64,000 bases of DNA, taken from NCBI GenBank assembly GCA_964443695.1, contig CAYUDT010000002.1:25040-89039 (forward strand), read 5' to 3'. Origin of the DNA: an uncultured Conexibacter sp. GTDB lineage: Bacteria > Actinomycetota > Thermoleophilia > Solirubrobacterales > Solirubrobacteraceae. The translations under genes were made by a program, and so were the position numbers. Below are positions 40,883-50,400 of the stretch, one piece after another; positions within the stretch are counted from its first letter, which is position 1, and every line of letters begins with the position of its first letter. Under the pieces are notes generated by a model. It was not told where the DNA came from. It was given only the letters and a program-made list of their open reading frames with translations, and ran no database searches.

Positions 40883-41521
40883 GTGAACGCAAACGTTTTG
40901 TCGACGCAGGGGGACATCACGAGGCGCGCGCTGCTGGAGCGCGCGGCAGCCACCGGCCTCGCCACGGCGATCGCGGCTGCGTGGCCGTTGGCCCGCGACG
41001 TCCCCCTGGCCCGGGCCGGCGACCCGCCGCTGACCGACGGCACCCTGCAGGCGGTCTTCGACACGCTCATCCCGGGACGCAAGGTCTCCGCCACCGTGTC
41101 CGGCGCACCGGTCCACCCGCAGGCGATCCTCGGTCTCGACCCCGACCCGGGCGCCGTCGAGTGCGACGCCCTCGCCTTGGCCAACCACCCGAAGATCGGC
41201 TTCAGCGCGCTGGCGCCCGTCTTCCTCGCGGACCTCGCGGTGAAGGGCGGCGCCGGCTTCCTCGACCTCGACCGGGCCGGACGCGAGCGGGTGATGATCG
41301 CCGGCTGCGCCTACGACAACCCGACCCGCCTCATCTGGGAGGCCACGGCCGCCGTCGCCTTCGCGGCCTTCTGCGGTGTCGCCTCCGTGCAGCAGGACCC
41401 GGCCCATGCCCCCGGGTACCGGGTCATGGGCGTCCCCGGCGCCGCACCGCGCGGGTACCGCAACGCCTCCTACCGCCGGCGCCTGGCCCGGGAGCGCACA
41501 CGCAACGGGAACCTGCGATGA
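40883..41521 (+). CDS. Tat-signal small protein (DUF5987-like / dehydrogenase small subunit)
   Basis: ITRRALLERAAA Tat motif; TLQAVFDTLIPG, GAVECDAL, GYRVMG, SYRRRLA; ATGA overlap with the GMC gene. Confidence 0.7.
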   Translation: MNANVLSTQGDITRRALLERAAATGLATAIAAAWPLARDVPLARAGDPPLTDGTLQAVFDTLIPGRKVSATVSGAPVHPQAILGLDPDPGAVECDALALANHPKIGFSALAPVFLADLAVKGGAGFLDLDRAGRERVMIAGCAYDNPTRLIWEATAAVAFAAFCGVASVQQDPAHAPGYRVMGVPGAAPRGYRNASYRRRLARERTRNGNLR

Positions 41522-43167
41522 GCGAGCGCTTCGACGTCGTCATCTGCGGCTCGGGCTTCGGCGGGTCGATCACCGCCTACCGCCTGGCCGAGGCCTACGT
41601 CGCCGCCGGGGCGGACCCGCGGTCGATCGTCGTGCTGGAGCGCGGCGAGCGCAAGGGCCACACCGACTTCAAGCAGTCGATGCACGTCGACCACCTGTCG
41701 GCGTCCTACCGGCTGATCCAGGGCCAGGGCATGCAGGTCGTCGCGGCCAACCTCGTCGGCGGCGGGTCCAACCTCTATCTCGCGGCGTCGCTGCGCGCCC
41801 CGCGCGAGACGTTCGAGCGGCGCGACAGGCGTCCCGGTGACGGACCCGACCGGCGGATGTGGCCGCGGGCGATCTCACGCGCGACGCTCGACCCGTACTA
41901 CGCGCGCGTGGAGCGGGGCCTGCGCGTCAAGCGCCCGACGTGGTCGCAGGTCTCCAAGTCCGGCGGGCTCTGGGCGGCAGCGCTGGACGAGGCCGGGCAC
42001 ACCTGCGACCGCGTCCCGCTGGCCATCAACCCGGACCGCTGCGTCGACGCCAAGTGGTGCCACACCGGCTGCATCTTCGGCGCGAAGAACTCGCTGATCA
42101 CCAACTACCTCGCGGCCGCCGAGGCGCGAGGCGTCGTGGTCCGGCCGCTCGTCGAGGTCGAGGGCATCCGGCAGTCCAGCGCGCGCCCCTACCGCTACGT
42201 CGTCTACGCCAACCGCATCGACCCGGAGACGCGCGGCTCGACGGGCAGCCTGGAGATCGAGTGCAAGGCGCTCGTGCTGGCAACCGGTGCGATGGGCGAC
42301 GCCCCGCTGCTGATGCGCTCCCAGGCCGCGCTGCCGGCGCTGTCGCCGGAGCTCGGCAAGCACCTCGGCTCCAACGGCGACCATGTGGCCGCGATCGAGT
42401 TCGACCCGGCGCGGGTGCGCGACGTCCTGGGCCTGCCGGGCTACGCCGACTTCCACAAGGGCAAGCCGATCACGACGATGTCCTACGACTGGTGGGTCGG
42501 GCGCAAGGACGGCGAGCGCTTCACGCTGCAGGAGATCTTCCTGTCGTCGCTGACCAACCTGCTCTACGACGACGGCCGCGACCCCGAGGGCGACCCGTCC
42601 TGGTGGGGCGTGCAGAAGAAGCGGGCGATGGCCAACTGGACGCACCGCATCGAGCTGCTGGCCATGGTGGAGGACACCAACGACGGCGTCTTCCTCTCGC
42701 CCTCCCCGACCGGAGGCGGCGCCGTGCAGTTCGGCGGCGGGCCGATCCAGTTCGGCACGTTCAACTACGCGATGAGCGACCAGTCGATCCGCATCCGCGA
42801 GGCCGCCGACGCGGCGATCAAGGGCATCGCCACCAACAAGCGGCTGGGCCGCTTCATGCGCCTGACCGAGACGCAGGGCGCCTACTGCGCCCACCCGCTC
42901 GGCGGCTGCCGCATGGCCGAGTCCGCGGACCTCGGCGTGGTCGACGACCGGGGCGCGGTCCACGGCTATGAGGGCCTGTTCTGCACGGGCTCCTCGATCA
43001 TCCCGACATCGCTGGGCGTCAACCCCTCGCTGACGATCGCCGCGGTGGCCGAGCGCGTGGCCGACGGCATCGTCGGCTCGGCCGCCGACCTCGGGCTGCC
43101 GGTGGCGCAGAACCTGCAGCCCGCGACGCCCGAGGAGCACGTCGGCCGGCGGGTCCTCCCCCGCTGA
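41518..43167 (+). CDS. GMC-family FAD oxidoreductase (cholesterol oxidase-like)
   Basis: DVVICGSGFGG, VLERG, VGGGSNLY, CHTGC..GAKNSL, AHPLGGCRM, SIIPTSLGVNPSLTIAAVAER. Confidence 0.92.
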   Translation: MSERFDVVICGSGFGGSITAYRLAEAYVAAGADPRSIVVLERGERKGHTDFKQSMHVDHLSASYRLIQGQGMQVVAANLVGGGSNLYLAASLRAPRETFERRDRRPGDGPDRRMWPRAISRATLDPYYARVERGLRVKRPTWSQVSKSGGLWAAALDEAGHTCDRVPLAINPDRCVDAKWCHTGCIFGAKNSLITNYLAAAEARGVVVRPLVEVEGIRQSSARPYRYVVYANRIDPETRGSTGSLEIECKALVLATGAMGDAPLLMRSQAALPALSPELGKHLGSNGDHVAAIEFDPARVRDVLGLPGYADFHKGKPITTMSYDWWVGRKDGERFTLQEIFLSSLTNLLYDDGRDPEGDPSWWGVQKKRAMANWTHRIELLAMVEDTNDGVFLSPSPTGGGAVQFGGGPIQFGTFNYAMSDQSIRIREAADAAIKGIATNKRLGRFMRLTETQGAYCAHPLGGCRMAESADLGVVDDRGAVHGYEGLFCTGSSIIPTSLGVNPSLTIAAVAERVADGIVGSAADLGLPVAQNLQPATPEEHVGRRVLPR

Positions 43168-43252
43168 CAGCCCGTCGAGTCCTCCGATCGCCCACCCATC
43201 TGTGTCCGGTCGGGGGATATCGCCAACGCGCCAGGCCGCCGATGTTCTGACC

Positions 43253-43603
43253 ATGCCCGTCGCTCTGGACTCCCTCCGCACCCGCGTCGTCTACGCGGAC
43301 GACGATGGTGACTACCGCGCGCGTCTGGTCGGCGCGCTCCTGGCCGAGCCGTCCGTCGACCTCGTCGCCGTCGCCGTCGATCGCAACGCCGCCTCCCACG
43401 CCGTGGACGCCCACCGCCCGGACGTCGTCCTGGTCGGCGACACGCTCCCCGGCGGCCCGGACGTCAGCGCGCCGCAGGTCATGCTGGTCTCCTCCGACCC
43501 CGCCCAGGCCGGCGCCGGGCTGCGCCTGCGCGCCGTCGTCGACCGCGCGCTGGACCCCGGTCACATCGGCCGGCTGGTCGGCACCCTCGGCGCCTCGGTC
43601 TGA
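43253..43603 (+). CDS. Atypical stand-alone receiver-like domain protein
   Basis: RVVYADDD...RPDVVLVG resembles a REC fold, with G at the usual phospho-Asp position. Confidence 0.55.
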   Translation: MPVALDSLRTRVVYADDDGDYRARLVGALLAEPSVDLVAVAVDRNAASHAVDAHRPDVVLVGDTLPGGPDVSAPQVMLVSSDPAQAGAGLRLRAVVDRALDPGHIGRLVGTLGASV

Positions 43604-43638
43604 CACCGGGTCCCCCGGCCTGCCATCCTCTGCCCGCC

Positions 43639-43712
43639 GGGCGCGTAGCTCAGCTGGTCAGAGCGTCCGCCTTACAAGCGGAAGGTCCTCGGTTCGAGCC
43701 CGAGCGTGCCCA
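43639..43712 (+). tRNA. tRNA-Val (TAC), CCA not encoded
   Basis: GGGCGCGTAGCTCAGCTGGTCAGAGCGTCCGCCTTACAAGCGGAAGGTCCTCGGTTCGAGCCCGAGCGTGCCCA folds as a cloverleaf. Confidence 0.97.
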
Positions 43713-43806
43713 CTCACCCCAGGCGGCGTCGTCGTGCGGCCGCTGCTGGTGCAGGGCGGCCCGGCCGTCCGGTCCGGGCCGCGTCCTGCGTGCGCGCCGC
43801 CACGGC

Positions 43807-44400
43807 TCAGCCGTGGCCGGAGTGCATCTCCTCCATGGTCGAGCCGGCGTCCTCTCCGAGCTGCTCGTTCATCTGGGCGACCTCCCGCTCCTGGGCTGCG
43901 ACGATCGCCTGGGCGATCTGGCGCAACGTGTCGTCCTGCCCTTTCGCGAGCTCTCGCCTGGCCATCGCGATCGCCCCCTCGTGGTGGGGCACCATCGCGC
44001 GCATGAACGCCCGGTCGAACGGCATGGCGCCCTCGAGGGCGTCGGCGCCCGTGTCCATGCCCATCGCATGGCCGGACATGCCGAGGTCGCCCGCGCTCAC
44101 GCCGGCGTCCGCAAGCTCGCGGTCGATCTGACGCATCTTCGCGATCTCGGCCCGCTGCGTCCGGATGATGGACGCGGCGAGGTCCTTGACGAACGCGCCC
44201 GTCGCCTCGTCCTGGGCGACCTGCGCCATTGCGACGGCGGACTCGTGGTGGGGAATCATCGCCGCGATGAACGCGCGGTCGGTGGCGTTGCCCGCCGCGG
44301 CGGACGATGCCGGGTCTTCGGAGCCGCCGCAGCCGGCTGCGACAGCGACCAGCGCGATCACAGCGGCAGCCGCGAGCGGCACCCTGATGCTCTTGTTCAT
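43807..44400 (-). CDS. DUF305 (CopM-like) Met/His-rich lipoprotein
   Basis: Lipobox AAGC; two D.AF...M.PHH..A..MA...I...Q..E...M repeats. Confidence 0.9.
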   Translation of the reverse strand: MNKSIRVPLAAAAVIALVAVAAGCGGSEDPASSAAAGNATDRAFIAAMIPHHESAVAMAQVAQDEATGAFVKDLAASIIRTQRAEIAKMRQIDRELADAGVSAGDLGMSGHAMGMDTGADALEGAMPFDRAFMRAMVPHHEGAIAMARRELAKGQDDTLRQIAQAIVAAQEREVAQMNEQLGEDAGSTMEEMHSGHG

Positions 44401-44470
44401 GGTGTTCTTCTCCATCGTGTTGCGGTGTGGGTGTCAGGAGACGGCGCACGTGCGTGCGCCGTCGCCGCTC

Positions 44471-44788
44471 TCACCGCCGCAACACCACGGTCGCCGTCGG
44501 CCCTGCACGCGCCCGGGGCACTGGCGCCGGCAGGCGCCTGGGGCCGGGCGGAACCGGCAGCATCAGCGAACAACCAAGCCGCGGACCTCGTGCGCGCAGC
44601 GCAGCGACCGCGCCCATCGCGACCGCCGGAAGCACCGCCAGGCACACCATCATCGTGGCGTCGCCCATGGCCATCTGCATGTCATCCATGCCGATGTGAT
44701 GCGCCGCGACCGCTCCCGCCACCAGTGCGGTGACCACCAGCGCCGCCAGCCGGCGCCGATGGCGACGCAGCAGGTGGACGATGGCCAC
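44471..44788 (-). CDS. Small membrane leader protein with His/Met patch and C-terminal RAGP motif
   Basis: From GTG: AIVHLLRRHRRRLAALVVTALVAGAVAAHHIGMDDMQMAMGDATMMVCLAVL...VPRARAGPTATVVLRR. Confidence 0.7.
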   Translation of the reverse strand: MAIVHLLRRHRRRLAALVVTALVAGAVAAHHIGMDDMQMAMGDATMMVCLAVLPAVAMGAVAALRARGPRLGCSLMLPVPPGPRRLPAPVPRARAGPTATVVLRR

Positions 44789-44897
44789 GAGGCTCACCGT
44801 TCGAGCGTAACGCACGCATACTGCGTGTCCCCGCCGATGTGGTCCTGCTCGGCGCCCCGCCGCTTGACGCCGGCGTGTCTGTCGCGCGGCGCCGCGG

Positions 44898-46103
44898 TCA
44901 GCCGACGCGCAGCGCCGCGGCCGCCGTCCGGGCCCGGTCGCGGGCCTCGTCGGTGTCGGCGCCGCGGGCGAGCGCCACGCCCATGCGCCGACCGGGACGC
45001 GCGTCGGGCTTGCCGAAGACGCGGACATCCACGGACGGGTCGACCGCCATCGCCTCGGCCAGGCCGGAGACGACCGGGCGCTCGAGGTCCTCCGTCGCCA
45101 GGCACACCGCCGACGCGGCCGGCGCCAGCACCGGCACGACGCCCTCGGGCACGGGCAGGCCGAGCACCGCGCGCACGTGCAGCGCGAACTCGCTGAGCGC
45201 CTGCGAGGCCATCGTCACCATCCCCGTGTCGTGGGGGCGGGGTGACACCTCGCTGAACAGCACCTCGTCCCCGGCCACGAACAGCTCCACGCCGAACAGC
45301 CCCCGCCCGCCCAACGCCTCGGTGATGCTCCGCGCGACCTCTTGCGCGCGCTGCAGCACCGCCGGTGCCATCGGGTGCGGCTGCCAGCTCTCGCGGTAGT
45401 CGCCGTCCTCCTGGACGTGCCCGATCGGCGCGCAGAACGACGTGCCGCCGGCGTGGCGGACGGTCAGGAGCGTGATCTCGTAGTCGAAGGACACGAAGCC
45501 CTCGACGATGACCCGGCCGGCGCCGGTGCGGCTGCCCTCCTGGGAGTAGGTCCACGCCCGCGCGACGTCGTCGGCGTCGCGGATGATCGTCTGCCCCTTG
45601 CCGCTGGAGGACATCACCGGCTTGATGACGCACGGCGCGCCCAGCTCGGCGACCGCCTGCGCGACCTCGTCCTCGGTGTCGCAGAAGCGGTAGGGGGACG
45701 TCGGCAGCCCGAGCTCCTCCGCGGCCAGTGTGCGGATGCCCTCGCGGTCCATCGTCAGCCGCGCGGCGCGCGCGGTCGGGATGACCGTCAGCCCCTCGGC
45801 CTCCAGCGCGATGAGCTCCGGCGTCGCGATCGCCTCGATCTCCGGCAGAACGTGCAGGGCCGCGCAGGGCCGCGCGCGCTCCGCCTCCAGAACCTCGCGC
45901 AGCGCCGCCGCGTCGGTCATCGCGATCACGTGGCTACGGTGGGCGACCTGCATGGCCGGGGCATCGGCGTAGCGGTCCACCGCCACGACCTCGCAGCCCA
46001 GGCGCATCGCCTCGATGGCGACCTCGCGGCCCAGCTCGCCGCTGCCGAGCAGCACGATCCGGACGGCAGCGTCGGTGAGTGGCGGACCCGGGGCGGTGCT
46101 CAT
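44898..46103 (-). CDS. purT: Formate-dependent phosphoribosylglycinamide formyltransferase
   Basis: [71 protein letters not shown]. Confidence 0.96.
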   Translation of the reverse strand: MSTAPGPPLTDAAVRIVLLGSGELGREVAIEAMRLGCEVVAVDRYADAPAMQVAHRSHVIAMTDAAALREVLEAERARPCAALHVLPEIEAIATPELIALEAEGLTVIPTARAARLTMDREGIRTLAAEELGLPTSPYRFCDTEDEVAQAVAELGAPCVIKPVMSSSGKGQTIIRDADDVARAWTYSQEGSRTGAGRVIVEGFVSFDYEITLLTVRHAGGTSFCAPIGHVQEDGDYRESWQPHPMAPAVLQRAQEVARSITEALGGRGLFGVELFVAGDEVLFSEVSPRPHDTGMVTMASQALSEFALHVRAVLGLPVPEGVVPVLAPAASAVCLATEDLERPVVSGLAEAMAVDPSVDVRVFGKPDARPGRRMGVALARGADTDEARDRARTAAAALRVG

Positions 46104-46160
46104 CGCGCGCCACCCTAACCGGCGTCCGCCGTTCGTGTCGCCGTCACGCGCCCGGTGTTC

Positions 46161-46176
46161 TGTGAGCGAGGTCACA
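46161..46176. promoter_or_regulatory. CRP/GlxR-type binding site
   Basis: TGTGA-GCGAGG-TCACA is a perfect TGTGA-N6-TCACA match in the divergent gap. Confidence 0.65.
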
Positions 46177-46251
46177 GAGCTTCGGCCGAAGATCGAACAT
46201 AGTGTTCGGTGAGGAAGGAGAGGGGCTCCTGAGCCACCGAAAGGAACCGGA

Positions 46252-46440
46252 ATGTCCCTCGCCATCGACCGCCCCGACGAGCGCGTGCAGCTGCCCGTCA
46301 CCCCCATCGACCTGCACGTCGCGCACGGCCGCTACACCGTCACGGCCATCGGCTACGAGCCCGCCGTCCTGGGCACCTTCGCCACCGCCGCGGACGCCTG
46401 GGCCGCCCTGGACGAGCTCGACGCCCCCGACCTGCGCTGA
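46252..46440 (+). CDS. Small hypothetical protein (62 aa)
   Basis: AAAGGA RBS before ATG; GC3-rich codons. Confidence 0.65.
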   Translation: MSLAIDRPDERVQLPVTPIDLHVAHGRYTVTAIGYEPAVLGTFATAADAWAALDELDAPDLR

Positions 46441-46459
46441 CCCGCCGGTCCGCCCCTGC

Positions 46460-47317
46460 CTAGTACTTCGGGCGGGGGCGGATCGTGTAGGTGACCTTGC
46501 CGCCCAGCGTGCAGTCGCTGTCGGCGGCCGGTTGCGGCGCGCCCGACGGCCCGCTGCTGCCCGGGTGCGGCGAGACGTTGGCCTTTGCGCAGGTGCCGGT
46601 GATGCTGATCGTCCGCCTGATGGTCTGCCTCGGGCGGATGTTGAACATCTTCAGGACGCTGACACCGGAGGGCACGACGACGCTCACGCCGGGGGCGATC
46701 GACGTCGTGATGGCCGTCGTCTCGTTCGCCGTTGCGCCGGTGTTGGCGCCGCCGGGGCCGATGCAGCCGTCGTGGTCGCGCCCGCCGCCGACACGCTTGA
46801 TCGCGATCATCAGCGGATTGCTCGTCAGCGGCGTCGGGTCGTCGTCGTTGCCGGTCCCGACCAGCGGCGCCTCCTGCATGGAGATCGATGTCCGGCCCGA
46901 CGTCGAGGAGCAGGTGGGCGACGGCTTCACGGGGCCCGGCGTGCTGTTGCAGTAGTTGGTCGTGCGGTACTCGGTGATCTTTCCCTCGACGCTCGCCGTC
47001 CCGCCGGAGATCGAGAACGGCGACGTGACGATCGGATCGAAGCCGTCGCCGGTGATGCGCCGCATCGAGACGTTCACGAACCTGCCCGTGTCGAACTCGT
47101 AGCGGTTGGTCTGGACCCAGTGCTCGCCGGGGAAGCAGTCCGACGCCGTGTCGTGCAGCACCTTGGTCTCGACGAAGCCGCTCACGTCGATCTGCACCTT
47201 CGCGATCCGCGTCTTGATCTTGGGGACCTTCGGCGGCTTGGGCGCGGCCTGGGCGGTGGACCCCGAGGCGGCCAAGCAGGCCGCGATGCAGAGGACGACG
47301 ACACGTCGGGCGGACAT
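46460..47317 (-). CDS. Secreted Cys-containing hypothetical protein
   Basis: Signal MSARRVVVLCIAACLAASGSTAQA; Lys/Pro-rich start; beta-rich body. Confidence 0.72.
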   Translation of the reverse strand: MSARRVVVLCIAACLAASGSTAQAAPKPPKVPKIKTRIAKVQIDVSGFVETKVLHDTASDCFPGEHWVQTNRYEFDTGRFVNVSMRRITGDGFDPIVTSPFSISGGTASVEGKITEYRTTNYCNSTPGPVKPSPTCSSTSGRTSISMQEAPLVGTGNDDDPTPLTSNPLMIAIKRVGGGRDHDGCIGPGGANTGATANETTAITTSIAPGVSVVVPSGVSVLKMFNIRPRQTIRRTISITGTCAKANVSPHPGSSGPSGAPQPAADSDCTLGGKVTYTIRPRPKY

Positions 47318-47437
47318 GGCCGGATCGTATGCCCGCCCTGGCACCCGCCCGCCGAACATGAGACCGAAACGAGAGTTCCCATCGGTCGATCCGGTTTTCC
47401 TGCCGCCGGTCCGGGGGCAACAAGCCGGTTCGGTCCC

Positions 47438-50400
47438 TCAGGCGAGCTTGGCGAAGCGCTCCGGGCGGGGCAGCTTGGTCGTCTTCAGCTTGGCGGTCGA
47501 GGGGCGGCCCTCGAGCATCGGCGCCTGCGGGGTGACCCGCACGACCGCCCCGTAGGCCAGCCCCGCCGCCGACGCCCGCAACGACGTCCTGCGCACCGTC
47601 CGCCGCAGCCGCCCACCGTTGCCGAGCGCCAGCGCAACCCGGTAGGACGACGCGCCGGACACCGTGCGCCAGGACAGCTGCGCGACCTTCGCCGACACCC
47701 GCCGGACCTTCAGCCCGCGCAGCGCCGGCAGCAGTGGCGACGGTGGGGTGAAGCGGGCCACCGTGCGGCGCTCGGCGGGCAACCCGTTCAGCGTGAAGCG
47801 CGCGATGACCTGGTGCCTGCCCGCACCGGGCACCGGCCGGAAGCGGAACGAGCCCCTGCCGCCGCCGCTGATGGTCCTGATCTCCTTGACGCCACCCTCG
47901 CCGGCGTCGAGGAACGTGACCGACTGCCCGGGCCGGTCGAGCACGTCATAGGTCAGCGTCCGCTGCACCCCCGACCCGGTCACCGTCGCCGACACCCGCG
48001 CGTCGGGCGGGTCCGCGGCGTGCAGCACCGAGGTGAACGGCGGCGAGTCCGCCAGCGGCGCGAGAGTGTACGTCCCCGGTGCCGCGTCGACGATGCCGAC
48101 CGTCGTCATGTGCAGTTGCTCGGAGCGCAGGATGCGCACCTTCTCGGTGCCCTGCACGCCCGCGCCGGCCGCGCTGGCGACGTCGACGCCGGGACCGGTG
48201 ATTTGGACGCCCGGCGCGCCCGACGCCGAGGAGATCTGGACGGCCGGGTCGGGGTCGCCCTTCTTGACCACCAGCGTCCGGGCGCCGCCCGCGGCCCGGA
48301 ACTCCGACGGCTCACCGACGACGTTGTCCTGCGTGAAGCGCGACCACTTGCACCCGTCGAACGGCCAGAGGAACAGCTCGGCCCCGCCCCGCCGCCACTG
48401 CACGCCACCGCCGATGTTGACGGGCCCGACGTCGACGCAGCCACCGGCGCCACCGGAGGACACGCCGGCGATGGCGCCCGCCGTGACGATGTCGAAGAGC
48501 GACGCGTTGATGTTGCCGAACAGGTTGAAGCGGCCGTTCTCCGCGTTGAACTCGCCGTTGACACCACCCCAGAGGTGCACGCCGAACTTGTTGACGTCCA
48601 CCCCGCCGCCCAGCGCGACGTAGGCGGGCGCGCGGTACAGGAAGTACGCGTAGGCGAAGTCGACGCTGCCCAGGCCGAACGGCAGCTGCAGCGCCGCCTT
48701 GCCGGACGCCCCGACGGTCAGCGCGGTGTAGGTGCGGTACAGGTTGGCGGGCACGTCGAGGTCCGCCGGGCCCAGCCTGTAGGGCTGCGCCTTGGACGGG
48801 AAGGCCACGACGATCTTGCCGGTGATGTTGAAGATCTCCAGCGCGGTGACGCGCGCCTCACCGCCCATCCGCGTCGGGTCCAGCCCGAAGAAGCCGCCGA
48901 ACCCGTTGAGGAACACGCCCGCCGAGAGCGGGATGCCCTTGCCGGGCAGGTTCACGAAGACGCGGGCCTCGTTGAAGACGCCGTCGACGAACGTCGCGGC
49001 AAGGTCCATGCAGCCCAGCGGGTCCGGCAGGCACACCGTCCCGCTGACCTTGAGCGTCTTCAGGTCGGTGATCTGCAGCCTGATGTTTCTCGCGCCCAGG
49101 CCGAGGAACTCGCTCGCGAACGGCCCGATCGTCGTGCCGACGAAGTCGAGCCGGTAGAGACCGGTGAAGACGTCGCCGATGCGCCTGACGTCGAGGTGCA
49201 CGTCGGCACCGTCGGGCCCGTTGGCCAGGCTGAACCCGGGGCGCGGCAGTTCGACCGACCCGTCCAGCGACGTGCCGCCGTGGCGGATCGTGACGCCCAT
49301 CACGCCGTTGAACCGCAACCCCGCGATGGCCGTCCGCGAGTCCTGCGTGGTGCCGTTGTAGAAGAGCTTGCGCGACACGACCTTGAAGTTGCCGAGGACG
49401 ACCTCGCCGCGCTTGGGGCTGAGGTTCAGCGAGAACGCCGCCGGGCCGTCCAGCGCGATCTCCCCGACGCTGAGGTCCGCCCCGCTGGTGATCACGCGCG
49501 CCAACTGGGGGAAGACCACGATCTTGTGGCCGGCCCGCGCCTGGAACTGCGTGCCCTCGATCTCGGCGAACTCGCCGATGAACCAGGTCATCGCCTTCGA
49601 CGCCTGCTCGTAGTCGGTGTCGGAGTAGGTGCGCTTCGTCGACCCGCCCGGCACGAGTGGGTTGCCGCCGATCGTCGTCGACGCGTGGTTGTCGCGCCGC
49701 AGCCAGTCGTCCAGCGCCGCCTTCACCGCGCCGCGCTCGGCGGCCGGGACGTCGCTCAGCGAATGCCCCTGCTTCAGGCAGCCGCGTACGAAGAACGCGC
49801 CGACCGCCTTCGCCTCGGTGCTCGTGAACTGCGTCCGGTAGCAGGGGTTGAGCTCCTCGAAGTGGTCCTTCTGGCCGGGCCGCGGGGGCAGGCACTGGGC
49901 GACGTTGGCCAGGGCCAGGGAGGTGAGCGTCGCGCCGCGTTGGCGGAACGCCGCGCGACGGCTCCCCCCGGTGTTGAGCGCTTGCACTGCTGCTCCGCCC
50001 AACCCGCCTGAGGCGCTGACCGTGACGTTGGTCTGCCCCGGTTGCTGCGCCGTGAAGGACACTCCCGGCATGCCCGTGCACGTCAGGTCGGTCTGACCGT
50101 CGCCGGTGAGATCCCAGCCGAAGTTCGTGTTCGCGGAGATCTCACCGCCGCCCGCGTACATCGTCACGCTGTCACCCAGGACCGCCCGGGAGGGCGCCTC
50201 GACGAGCTGCACGCGCGGCTGGACGTTCAGCGGCGGCGTGGGCGCAGGCGCAGGCGCCGCGACGATCGTGAAGGTCCGGGTCACCAGCGGACCGGTGTTG
50301 CCGGCCTTGTCCCGGGCCGCCGCATACAGCGTGTGCGCGCCCAGCCCGGCCACGTCGGCGAGCGCGAGGAACGGGCAGGACGCCGGCAGGTCCGCGAACG

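Noticed and set aside
43639..43712. tRNA-Val as a second integration site
   Set aside because: No duplicate of its 3' end and no second integrase seen in the window
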